Positions 1 to 11,615 of a stretch of 23,695 nucleotides of DNA are shown one piece after another. Under the pieces are notes generated by a model, which saw only the letters and a program-made list of their open reading frames with translations, ran no database searches and had not been told where the DNA came from. The DNA comes from Trichoplax sp. H2. Lineage: Eukaryota. A program made the translations under genes and the position numbers. The number at the start of each line of letters is the position of its first letter. Position 1 is the stretch's first letter. The stretch spans positions 124,001-147,695 of the forward strand of contig NOWV01000190.1 of NCBI GenBank assembly GCA_003344405.1, in the 5' to 3' direction.

Positions 1-1850
1 GTAGAACTATAGTCAATGCAATATTAACCCAATCTATGGTTAGCAATGTCCAAAGTAAGAACCTGTTTACGCATGTTTTGAACAACTACTAATGGTCTAT
101 CGATACTGTACAATGGTTATCTTCTAATCAAGGATAAACTGTCTCCAAATTGGATAATACTCGTCTGTAGTCAATTGAATAGTAAAAAGTACCAATACGA
201 TTTAGGCAATCTAGATTATCCTATAAGGAAAGAAAATAACTCTCCATCCCCGCAAGGATCGATTGATGCATTCGGCTCGTACCTTGACTGGAGATGGAAC
301 CTTTCGGTAAGACTTGATCGTTGATTGGCTTTTAAATGCTGGCCCCAAAAAAAGAAGAAGGAGAAAGACGATTAACGATTCAACTGATGTTCTTTGTCCA
401 TTTTAGGAATGAAGCCTAATTAATTTAAGTTAATCTATGGTGCTTGGTGGCCAATAATAGCCATTTGTCAATGATGTAGAGTGGATTGTGAATAGCAGTC
501 GAATGACGACGTCAACAGACTAGAAAGTTAGTGTACGACGTCGAATAACATTCGTTTACTGATTGATTATGGCCACGGAAGCGCTTTGGCGTAATATGAC
601 GAGGAACAAAAACCAGGAAGGAAATAACAAGAATTCAAGTATCAAGACTCGTATCCATGCTCCAATTTGAAGCATTTATTGCTGGTCCCCCACCCCAATT
701 GACGTCAGTTTCTCTCTTTCTAAGGACAATGTTGCCATCACGATGCTAGTTTGCAAATTGTTCATGACATCGGGTCGATAGGAAGACAAGGCATCATTGC
801 TGATTCATTTATCCCTTGGAGTGTAAGTCTATGCTATGTTGAAGATGGATCAAATTACAGTCCATTTATTCTTCTATTGGTCATGCATTTCATGCTAGAA
901 CATGGACTGCTTGTACAAGCGTTTACGATCGGCCGATTGCTAGAGTTAGAGTGGTGATGATGGCAACAAGTCGATGGAAAGTATAGCATCCAACCCTGGC
1001 CATTCTCATCTTCAACGTCAATATTATTGCTACAGTAAGATCGCTCTCGAGTTGAATACTAGTATCGCCATGACAGTTACTTTCTAGAAAAGAAAAATGA
1101 GACAGTCTCTACTCTATACAAGGGATCCGATTGGCAAGCTCTATCTATTAACCTCCCTATTGAAAAAAAAAAAAAGTGTTTACAAGATAGAGCTATTCTA
1201 TCCAACCCTGTGGAATAATAAGGCATTCAAGACAGCCCATGGCTAATGCCTTGGTATGGTAAACAAGATTGTGCCAGGACAAGTCGCACAACAAATGGTC
1301 TGTTGACGTACTAACGCTGTCCAACTTCTCCATGATGGAGGTGCTCGAAAATGATCCAGTCTCTACCTCTGCCATTAGTTGACTGTACTCTTGGATCAAA
1401 TAGTTCCTTCTGGGTTGTATGAAGAGTGATGCATGAGATGAACATGGAGTCCAACGGGGGATCCACTTAGAAGAACGATGGATCGCTATGGTCAATGGGG
1501 TTGGATTTAATGCACTCTTTTCCAGCCTTCATCAAGCTGGATAATCTACTCCAGTGTTGACACCTTGATTGAACTCATGAATATCACCGCAATGGCAACG
1601 GCGTCTGAATTTTCATCCACTCCCATCTCACCATGGCGCCACTAAGAAAACGCCATCAAATAAACTACTGGACGATAACCAACCTATCAACTAACCTAAA
1701 TACAATCTTCAATTGGCCTACTGCTATCCCAATTTCAGGCGATCGCCAACTTTTCCCCAGCGCTGCTGCGTTCCGTCTCACGGCTCTTTCACAAATGTTT
1801 CCTGGCGTCCGAGGCTCTTCTACCGTAGGCTCGCCGCCAGTCTTCAGTCC

Positions 1851-2034
1851 TCTACACTCTACACTGTAGAGTCTACAGTACCAAGGCAAACAGCGTCACA
1901 GTGGTAAAACTTCCCTACCAAGTCTCAGCCAGCAAGCTTCCTATTGTACAGTACACTGTACTGTACACTGTCGACTACAGTCCACCATCTACAGTATCTG
2001 CTTCATGCGTACTGTACACTGTACACTGTACTGT
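1851..2034. repeat. Low-complexity TACACTG/ACTGT simple repeat cluster with short perfect palindromes
   Basis: Three clusters: CTACACTCTACACTGTAGAGTCTACAGT (~1851-1879), TGTACAGTACACTGTACTGTACACTG (1945-1970) and GTACTGTACACTGTACACTGTACTGT (~2009-2034). Confidence 0.85.
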
Positions 2035-2111
2035 GGGTATTGCAGCCGATAAACTTGAACAAGAAAAATCAATCCATCATTCTCTTTATCCTGCACAAAC
2101 TATCCATCCAT

Positions 2112-3488
2112 TTGTAATTCTATTTTACTAGCTATCGATGAAACTGCTCTCTACGAAGTAAAATACAACGACAAGATGCCGGGCTCGACTGTCCTAATGA
2201 ACATAATACCTATTGGTCAAACTGCTTTCTACGTAGTAAAATACGATGACAAGATGCCGGACTCGACTGTGCTAATGAACATAATAGCTATGGATGAAGC
2301 TGCTCTCTACGTAGTAAAATACGATGACAAGATGCCGGACTCAACTGTACTAATCAACATAATAGCTATGGACGAAGCTGCTTTCTACTTAGTAAAATAC
2401 GATGGCAAGATGCCGGACTCGACTGTGCTAATGAACATAATAGCTATGGATGAAGCTGCTCTCTACGTAGTAAAATACAATTCCAAGTTGCCGGACTCAA
2501 CTGTACTAATCAACATAATAGCTATGGACGAAGCTGCTTTCTACTTAGTAAAATACGATGACAAGATGCCGGACTCGACTATACTAATCAACATAATACC
2601 TATTGGTCAAACTGCTCTCTAGGTAGTAAAATACAATTCCAAGATGCCGGACTCGACTGTACTAATCAACATAATAGCTATCGATGAAGCTGCTCTCTAC
2701 GTAGTAAAATACAATTCCAAGTTGTCGGACTCAACTGTACTAATCAACATAATAGCTATGGATGAAGCTGCTCTCTACGCAGTAAAATACAATTCTAAAG
2801 ATGCCGGACTCGACCGTGCTAATCAACATAATACCTATTGGTCAAACTGCTCTTTAGGTAGTAAAATACAATTCCAAGATGCCGGACTCGACTGTACTAA
2901 TCAACATAATAGCTATGGATGAAGCTGCTCTCTACGTAGTAAAATACGATGACAAGATGCCGGACTCGACTGTGCTAATGAACATAATAGCTATTGATGA
3001 AGCTGCTCTCTACGCAGTAAAATACAATTCCAAGATGCCGGACTCGACTGTACTAATGAAAATAATATAATAAGTGGTATAGTAGAGTCCGGCATCCTGT
3101 AATTCTACAATTTTACTAGCTATTGGTCAAACTGCTCTCTAAGTAGTAAAATACAATGACAAGATGCCGGACTCTACTGTACTGTACTAATGAACATAAT
3201 AGCTATTGATGAAGCTGCTCTCTACGTACTAAAATACAATTCCAAGATGCCGGACTCGACTGTACTAATGAAAATAATACCGATTGGTCAAACTGCTCTC
3301 TAGGTAGTAAAATACAATTCCATGATGCCGGACTCGACTGTGCTAATGAAAATAATACCTATTGGTCAAACTGCTCTCTAGGTAGTAAAATACAATTCCA
3401 AGATGCCGGACTCTACTCTTCTAATGAAAATAATACCTATTGGTCAAACTGCTATCGAGTTAGTAAAATACAATTCCAAGATGCCTGG
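2112..3488 (+). repeat. 78-bp tandem repeat (minisatellite) array, ~17 units, interrupted at ~3067-3118
   Basis: Unit ATGCCGGACTCGACTGTACTAATCAACATAATAGCTATGGATGAAGCTGCTCTCTACGTAGTAAAATACAATTCCAAG. Unit starts are at 2176, 2254, 2332, 2410, 2488, 2566, 2644, 2722, 2801 (+1 insertion), 2879, 2957, 3035 (interrupted), 3164, 3247 (after a 5-bp duplication), 3325, 3403 and a trace at 3481, plus a partial unit before 2176. Confidence 0.98.
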
Positions 3489-3526
3489 ACACATCTTTCA
3501 TACAGAACTAAATAAGATGTGTTCAG
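3485..3526. other. Stem-loop / short inverted repeat at the end of the tandem array
   Basis: CTGGACACATCTT (3485-3497) pairs with AAGATGTGTTCAG (3514-3526): 13-bp stem with one G-T pair and a 16-nt loop. Confidence 0.75.
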
Positions 3527-6521
3527 ACTTTCCGGACCCCCTGTACTAGTAGCAAAAATCATTATAAAGTGATGCTGTACTTGGAACTTTTTGTTTGGGG
3601 AAGAAAGTGAAACATAAAAAGAGACACTCTTGTCTCGATAATTGCACTCTCAATCCAATCATTTCTCATAGAATATGCCATGGTGTAGTGAAGCTGCAGG
3701 ATTCGTTATTCTTGTCAGCATGCTATGCAAAAGTATATTACTTGACCAGAATTGCTGTATCTAGCGATGGTTTCGATCACTCAGGGTTGTTAAATTCAGC
3801 TTTGTCAAAACTAATCCTATCCACACATTTTCGTTCATATACCAAGTCCTGTAGGTTCAAGCAATGTAAATCAAACATTTGTTGCTTACAACCTTGGAAT
3901 TGTAAGCAAGCTCGATGTCGTATTCAGGCAGCTAGGTTATTTCCATAGAGCTATGGGGTCTTCTTTATCTTGTTTCTTTCCCAGATCTGCTACTATTGTT
4001 GTAAGAAAGTTAACCTGGCTTCCAGATATGGTTACATTATAACGTGGTATCTCAAATCGATAGACAATCTGAGATAAATTCTGCTATTATAAATTCTCTC
4101 TTTAGGTGATCTAAACGTCGACTGGAGTTGTCAAACAAGTTGTGGTACACGTCTTCAAAAAATGCTACTGAAACGGTTAGAATTAATAAAGTCAGTCATT
4201 ACAGGATAGACTTCAGAGACATGATTCGATCCATTACATCTCCCCATTTCGTATAAGATATTCTGCTGTGAATATAAAATATATCCGCAATACGATTTTA
4301 GTATAGCTACTGTGCAGTGTACAGGAACCAATTGTGGTTTAACGCTACCATGTAAATAAAATAAAATACTGTACTGGTTATCATCTGACATTTTCAAGAC
4401 ATTTGATCATAATACGGTAGCTCGAAACTACAGTTGATCCACAATTTTACTGTATATCGAGGTTAAAGCTATCAAAGCTGATTATAATAGAGGGCTGCCA
4501 GATCAATGCTTTTCCTAAACGAATATAAGTAATGGTCGTTCCTGAATTGAAAGTAACAATTTCCTTCTGTTTATAATGATGAAATTCAAGGTAAGCTAAA
4601 GCGTTTCAATATATATTCATACATTCTCGTATGCACAATACATACGAATAAGGCGCATCGCCGTGTATGCTAGTAAGTTTTACTGAAACCGAAACTTCCG
4701 CTAATGATACATTGCTATACTACCCATTGCCTTGATAGCCGGCTTAAGGCATTATTGCAAAATATTATATTTAGTCATAGACTCCTAAAAGAGTAGCCCA
4801 TAACTTACTGTACTGTATATTGTAAAGTATACAACGCAGAATGGCAAATTTATACGTATCTCTGCTTAACCATTGGTAGCATCTAAGCTTTGTCAAAGTA
4901 TAAATTCAATTTATGATCAGCCTAGTAATGATCTGTCAACAATATTTAGACAACATACAAAAGGCTATTCTTACAGTATGGTTTTCATAGTCGGTTTTAT
5001 TAATTGGCAAGCAAAAATGGATAAAATTGTTACTCGTGAATCAAGTCAAGTACTTTCGTTAATATTAGCTCTGTTATATACTACTGTAAGTAAGTGACTA
5101 CATAGGATATCCGGTTTATGCCTCTATAGGCTGGAATGATCTCCATATGATAGTGCTTGTAAGATTTTGCGGTTTAGTATGGTTTGAGTAATGCCTTAAT
5201 TAGCATCATCAACAATGATTTACTGTAAGAGAAAAGCAATTGCCGATATACCTTGTCTTTGGATGATCCATTTGCAAAAATGATCATATTATGTACAGTA
5301 AGTATAGATCTAGTCAGGACTTTATTCTTAGGGTTGTTTCTACATAGTGCACATTTTCTAAGAGAGAATCATTTCATAACTGCTATCGTAAGATACTAAT
5401 TGTCGTAATGTAGAAATTTCAGGTAATTTATTAATAACATTTTCGTTTTGTTTATCGGTAGAAAACAAAATAAAATATATATTTTATTTCAAAATTGTAG
5501 TTTGAGGGGCTAGCTGATTAAATGCTTAGAAGATGGCTAATGAAATATTGTAAACATCCCAGTACTACCTTACAACAATCTACGGGTAATTTATAGACTA
5601 ACCAATGGACAAGTGTGGTCTTATCTCTAATCTACGAGTCATTAAAAACGGCAAAAGTGTTTTGTTGTAGAGTTAATAATGTAATCTGACTAAATGGCAT
5701 TTCTCGAAGCTTTGCTACAATGCCCGATTAAGCTTTAGCCAATAATTTATTATGGCAAACGTTTCTGCGTAGTGGCAATACAAGGCTAACCCTTTCAATA
5801 TTTATCAAGCGTAATACGGTAATCCGTTGGTATAATCCAAATAGATTAAATTAATTATTGTTAGGACAGATTCTACAGTAATAAGAAACAATAATAGTTT
5901 AACATTAACGTAGCTGATTTAATATGACAGCTATGCCTTATTGATGGACTGCCACAAAATTCCCTGCTTTGCAACCTCAAATGTATCAAAATGGAAAGTT
6001 ACAGAATAAATATGTTCATAATCACTTATTTTGAAATCCATTATTAAATTAGAGGATTTTTAGTAACTATCGTGGATAAATACTGTAAAAGTGAAAAAGT
6101 TCAAGGGATAAGAAACAATACCGCTGGTATTGCGAAGGCTCAACTAATAGCTATCCGGTTTTTCACGTCTAAAATTTCGAATTCTACAATTAAACAGCTC
6201 ATTTGAAACCATGTCAACGTCTTTCATTAACAATTTGTCTTTTACTTTTAATAGTTTATCATCATTTGATGTTGCCATGAGATATAAGTTGTTTGTATTT
6301 TACGAACGCAGCGAAAATACCATGGCTGATCTGATTCTAAATAATAATAAGCTTTACAAGAACATATGGTCTATTGTATTTATCTAATGATGTCATTATG
6401 AGCTTTGATAATTATAGAATCTGCCATTACATGATAATAATGGTATTCATGTGGTATAGGAATGAAAGAGATTTGTCAACAGATACATTCCGGGCTTTGC
6501 GTTTCCCATATATTAAATCGG

Positions 6522-6630
6522 AACATTTCTTTGTCTGGTACAAAGTTGAAAAAAATTCATGAACTTTGTTTATTGATTTATGAATATGACCTAGGTGATA
6601 TTGCCTACGTTTTATGAGGATGAACATTTA
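6522..6630 (+). repeat. Diverged direct repeat, copy 1 (~110 bp)
   Basis: AACATTTCTTTGTCTGGTACAAAGTTGAAAAAAATTCATGAACTTTGTT...GAATATGACCTAGGTGATA...TTTTATGAGGATGAACATTTA aligns essentially colinearly with 6863-6970. Confidence 0.9.
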
Positions 6631-6862
6631 TGGGAATTTGTCACAAATTTCTTCTTTGTGAACGCTTAACTCCTCTAATAACTAATATCCTAATACATTC
6701 GGGGGGTACGTACAGGTAATCAATTACTGGAAAAGCATTCAGTTAGAAAGATAGTTTATTTGTTGTATCACTCGACTAGCCTTTATCATACTGAATTTCG
6801 GAACTCTCCTAGTCATTGTGAGCTCATTCCTTTCATAATCTCGCATGGTGGCAAGGCACGGT

Positions 6863-6970
6863 AACATTTCTTTGTGTAGTACAAAATTGAAAAAATTCAT
6901 TAACTTTGTTCATTGCTATACGAATATGACTTAGGTGATATGACGTACATTTTATAAGGATTAAGATTTA
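6863..6970 (+). repeat. Diverged direct repeat, copy 2 (~110 bp)
   Basis: AACATTTCTTTGTGTAGTACAAAATTGAAAAAATTCATTAACTTTGTT...GAATATGACTTAGGTGATA...TTTTATAAGGATTAAGATTTA; about 340 bp downstream of copy 1, with scattered substitutions. Confidence 0.9.
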
Positions 6971-9900
6971 TAGTTATATATCGAAGAGGATTAATTAAAG
7001 GCTGCTATTATTCTAACAAAATTTAGCATCTTGTAAAGTGCAAAAAATCTATTATCACAGAATGCTTGCTGACATATGTACTAGTTTAACCTAAGCATTC
7101 ACTTTGAGTTCCTCCGGTAGATTACTGCGGTTTACACGTTTAGATTTCGTTTGAATGTACGTGTATAATCTGCTCTTTATTTCTAATCTCGACGTCTTAT
7201 ATATACCTTTTTTTCTGGTATTTCCAGTACATTCCATCTCATATCAGTGTTATCAGTAATACTTTAGTGTGTAGTGAACAGCCATAACACAATTATACCC
7301 TTAAATATTTACATAACATTACTGAATGACGAGCTAATCGTGCGTATGATATTTCGCTACTAATTATGACAGTGTAGTGCACTTAAGAATCGTAATAACT
7401 ACCTTGATCTGTCGTAAGATCTAGTAAAACTACAACACTACTACTATAACCCTCAAGAACTACCCTAAGAACAAACTCCTCTTAAAGGCTTATAATTATG
7501 ACCAGTAGAGATACGCTATCCTACAGTGTACAAAGCAGTTTTATAATGTAATACTGAAATATTGTACGCAACAATATTTCCAGAAACTCTATTATTTAGG
7601 TAGTTGTAATGGTTTGCATAGATGAAAGTATGTTAGTAGGCCGTGGCTGATGATAAAACGGTGAAGTACTGTATTTCGTTCTTTTAGCAGGTACTAGAAC
7701 CTATACGGATTGCTTCTATAGTACATAGCAGACTGTACCCAAATGTTTTATTCTTGAGGATTAGCGGTTTCGACGCAGTAAAGGACCGAAGTCGATCTAA
7801 GTTCCTACGAACGTACCAGCAGTGAGGCTAATACAGCATCATGGAGTCGTAACAGAAACATACAACATTGCGAAATGCTCTTACCAACGCACACTACAAT
7901 TGACTCGTAAAGTAAATTCCTTTAATTTTACTCGTAAATTAAAGCCTCTTCTTCTTTATCTTCTGGAAACAGCATTAGCTGCAAAGCATGCCATTTAATT
8001 TTCAGATAATCTAGCAGAATAGTATTCATTTCGTCGAGCCAATGATCTTTCGCTACAATTTCGTTCAAATATGACGACTATTATAAATATACCAGTGTAA
8101 GATGTTAATTACTATTATCTAATTGCTTTCTAAACCACGAAACTTCTGCAATACGATAATTTCATCCAATTGCTTTTGCGAAAGTAATTATCACATTTAT
8201 TTGTAGGAAAGACTAATTTCGATATTGCCATTCATAAAGTAATCATTCTTAAAATAAAACGCAAAGTTAAGCGGGTCTAGCTTAGGACAGTAAAATGGAC
8301 TTTTCTTGGTAGCAACCATTGAATTACAAAATACTCTTAAGTATTTGTACAATTCGTAAAAATTTTTAAAGTATATGTAAAAGGCAAACAATATTAATGT
8401 CCTCATTTAGCATTTACATCTAGTTCAAGTCATCTTTTCTCGCAAATATAGGAATAAATGAAAATTTTTCATAATATTGTTATATATCGTAGATTTTAAG
8501 ACTAAATGGAGTAAAATATACCGTTTACGGTTTACCTTCTGCCATCTTGACTTTACATATTTCCACGTTTTACCGGTTAGGACTGTGCATGTATATGCAA
8601 TATAACGATCTAATTATAAATAAAGCTAGCGTTGTTATTGTGCTAACGTAATACAGCTATAAGCATACCGATACTCAGATACACAAAAATTTCTATATTT
8701 TGTAATCGCATTTAAATTTGCAACGAGAAATAGAGCAACACAGAAATTTCGTATATATAGTAGCTAACATAATAATACCCGTAGTTAAAAGGATATTGTC
8801 AAAGCTATACTTAGACCTAAAACGTTTGCTATACTACTCTTGCCAGCTATTTTAGGGCGATAGTCAGTCAGTGCTGCAATAAAAATTAATGCTATTCGTC
8901 ATGCGCAGGATTATACTACAATATTAAGTGCTTAAATTTATAGATACTGCAGGTAATTCAAATTTTTCAACGCATTTTTTTTAATAGGTATATTCTCGAT
9001 TTCGTAAATCACTCTATTGATGTACATAAATTTTGCAATCTACTTGATATCAAGAAATGTATTGCACCCGCTACATTATCTCTTATTTTAGTCAAAAGCA
9101 ATTTATTTTTCTAGTAGCTATTTTGCTTTGCATACAGTTTCTATTTAGTTCCAGAATGATATCCACAAAATAGCAGACGCCTAGGTCGTTTACTAAACAT
9201 TTTTGAAAATGCTAGCAATTTATTGCAATACTGTGGAGGAAGATGAATAAGTTGACCCCTAAGAGTAACAGATGCTAGATTTAATATGCCATGAACTAAG
9301 TAGAATTATTATGTCTCATTAAGCCATCGCTTTAAAATAATCGTTCATAACAGGAAGTATTAATAATCTTGTACCGCGCACTTAATTATGAAATCATGCA
9401 AAAAGAGTCGAAATCTTATAATAATATTTTTTCCTGTCTGCTTGAATTTTAATTTGCTGGGAGAAAATAGTTTTATCTCAATAGAATCGTAAATGATTTT
9501 TTATCTTACTGTCTTAATTTATATGTAATTACGTCTTTGCTCTATATAATAACTAAAAATTATTGTCCAGTATTATTAATCAAGTCTGGTATTTTTCGAA
9601 TTGAATAAGTTCAATGAAAAATTTAAGTACAAAATAATTTAAATAATAGCGATGAATGTAATGTATACTTTTAATGTAATTGCAGGTTTATGACATAGTA
9701 ATGCAGCCATATCGTCAACTCAAGTAAATTAGATTAGTGTTGACATTTATACTGTACTGTCGTATATAATTCTAATCGTGCTCCTATACTGTATATGAGT
9801 ATGCTGCTAGAAATTAGTAGTATCATCATACAATGTAAAACTGAAAATAAGTAAACTTTTTTATCTTATATAGATAAAGTCGCACTCAAGAATGCATTTG

Positions 9901-11615
9901 ATAGCGTCGTAAAAATTTGCTATAGTGCTTATGCAGTCAATTTCATTAAACAATATCACACAAGGGCAATCTTTAATGCTTTAAATTAATTGGCTAGTTT
10001 GATAAAAAATAGTTACAACACGAGCCCATTCAATGGATAAAATCGTAATATATTTTGTATAAAAGTCTGCAATTTAACTATAGTATTTTTTCTTTTTATC
10101 TTGTATGCCTAATGCTGACAACATTGCAGACATTGATTATCATTAATATAAATTTACGAAACGCTATCAAAGATGGAATCGAAAAATATTGGCAGTCAGT
10201 ACGGAAATGTTTAATTAGTTTTATATTATCGCTAAATAACTTGTGTTATGCATAATATCATATATGATCTACAAGAACCGAAAAATGTTGGCACAGATTT
10301 GACTGCTCATATTCTATACCAATTAAGTATTAGCAGCTGCTGATTCTATATTAAAATTACTAAACCGTTTTGCATAGGCGAATACAGATTTTTGCTACTT
10401 TCAGCGATTCAATTATGTCTGAAATAATCAATGAACACAATAGTCTAGTAGTAAAACTAAGCATTCATCAGACTGAATGATAAAATAAAATTATTGTAAA
10501 TATTCTCCGTAAAGTTATTTCAATAGGAATTTACTCGTCATAGTAAATACTTATAATACATCATTATGTTCGCATAAGTATTGTTGAAGCCTTAGTTTAT
10601 GATGTAGTAGCTGCATTATTTTGTAGAAAATCATTTACTAATTTAATTTTATAACAGAATCGATCAGAATTGAACTTCATTGTGATGCAAATTATTTAGT
10701 ATCGTGTTTCATGGAAATTATTTGATTGTAAAAGTTCAGTAGATGGCTATTCTAATACTGCTGTAATTTATTACATTGTTGTATTGTTATATTATCGATA
10801 AAATTTAAGAATAAAACAGTCATCTCTGATACCAGACAAAATATTCTGATTACTTATCATTGTCATCTTTATGCTTTCAATGTAAGAGCATATCAAAATG
10901 CTACTTTGGATTTCAGTATAAAGAAGTTACACCTATATTAACAGAATATTATAGTTATAAGCTTCAATTTTTCAACTCCAAGAGAATATTTTATTAAATG
11001 AAGGCATAACAATAAATTAGATAATACTTAAACTTACAAGAATTGGCAAAAATGAAAGAAATACGTAGAGAAGTATTGAAAACATCTACTTTTTACTTTA
11101 ATATTTTTAAACCAAGCATAAAGTTAACCGTCATTAAATGCGTCAACTTATTCTTAAATATAATATGCCATTTCATTTCGTAAAATGATTACAGCATAAA
11201 GCAATGGCTCGGCTTACAATATCAGTATCAATGATATTGACTAAAAATGATTTCATGATGAGATATTGTTTATTACAAATATACGTTATTAGTATAAGGA
11301 ATATTTCAAACCGTAAGAAAGCAAACACCATCATTAAAGATATTTCAAGATGGTAGTAATATCAAAATTGAAATTGAAGAGTGTGAAATATTGTTTAGCT
11401 GCTATTTCAAAATTCAATAGATTTTCTCCCAGTCTGTCCAATGACTGCTCATTACATGTGATAACATAATTCGCTAGCTTGACATGAAGTTAAAATTCTC
11501 TTATCGACATTCATTTACATTGCCTAAAGCATTCACATTGTTAATTTATTTGTAAAAAACACGCGAAAATAACTTAAAGAAAATTAGGCATTTAAACTTA
11601 TTAGGATAATGTATA

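Larger units (their letters stand above)
1..3543. mobile_element. Putative end of a DNA transposon or repetitive element; the other end is not in the window and the left boundary is unknown
   Basis: The minus strand from 3543 reads CAGGGGGTCCGGAAAGTC, resembling hAT (CAGGGG...) or Tc1/mariner (TA|CAGGG...) TIR starts, flanked by TACTAGTA. A subterminal stem-loop and tandem array lie immediately inside, and 1-2100 is visibly GC-richer than the rest of the window. No transposase ORF or partner TIR was found. Confidence 0.4.

Noticed and set aside
1163..1175. A13 run as a retrocopy poly(A) tail
   Set aside because: No adjacent AATAAA or target-site duplication; it fits equally well as a minus-strand polypyrimidine tract before CAATAG.
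751..2131. Short overlapping ORFs (751-957, 1193-1495, 1633-1869, 1665-1889, 1713-1907, 1901-2131)
   Set aside because: They overlap on both strands, several have non-ATG starts, none has a recognisable domain, and such ORFs are expected in GC-richer or low-complexity DNA.
2112..3488. CRISPR array interpretation of the periodic repeat
   Set aside because: The whole 78-bp unit is repeated with no unique spacers, no cas genes are present, and the context is eukaryotic.
5467..5490. AAATAAAATATATATTTTATTT palindrome
   Set aside because: Pure A/T low-complexity sequence with no evidence of function.
7556..7580. Perfect 10-bp hairpin GAAATATTGT-ACGCA-ACAATATTTC
   Set aside because: Isolated AT-rich stem with no supporting context; plausible by chance in 23 kb of low-GC DNA and too short for a pre-miRNA.
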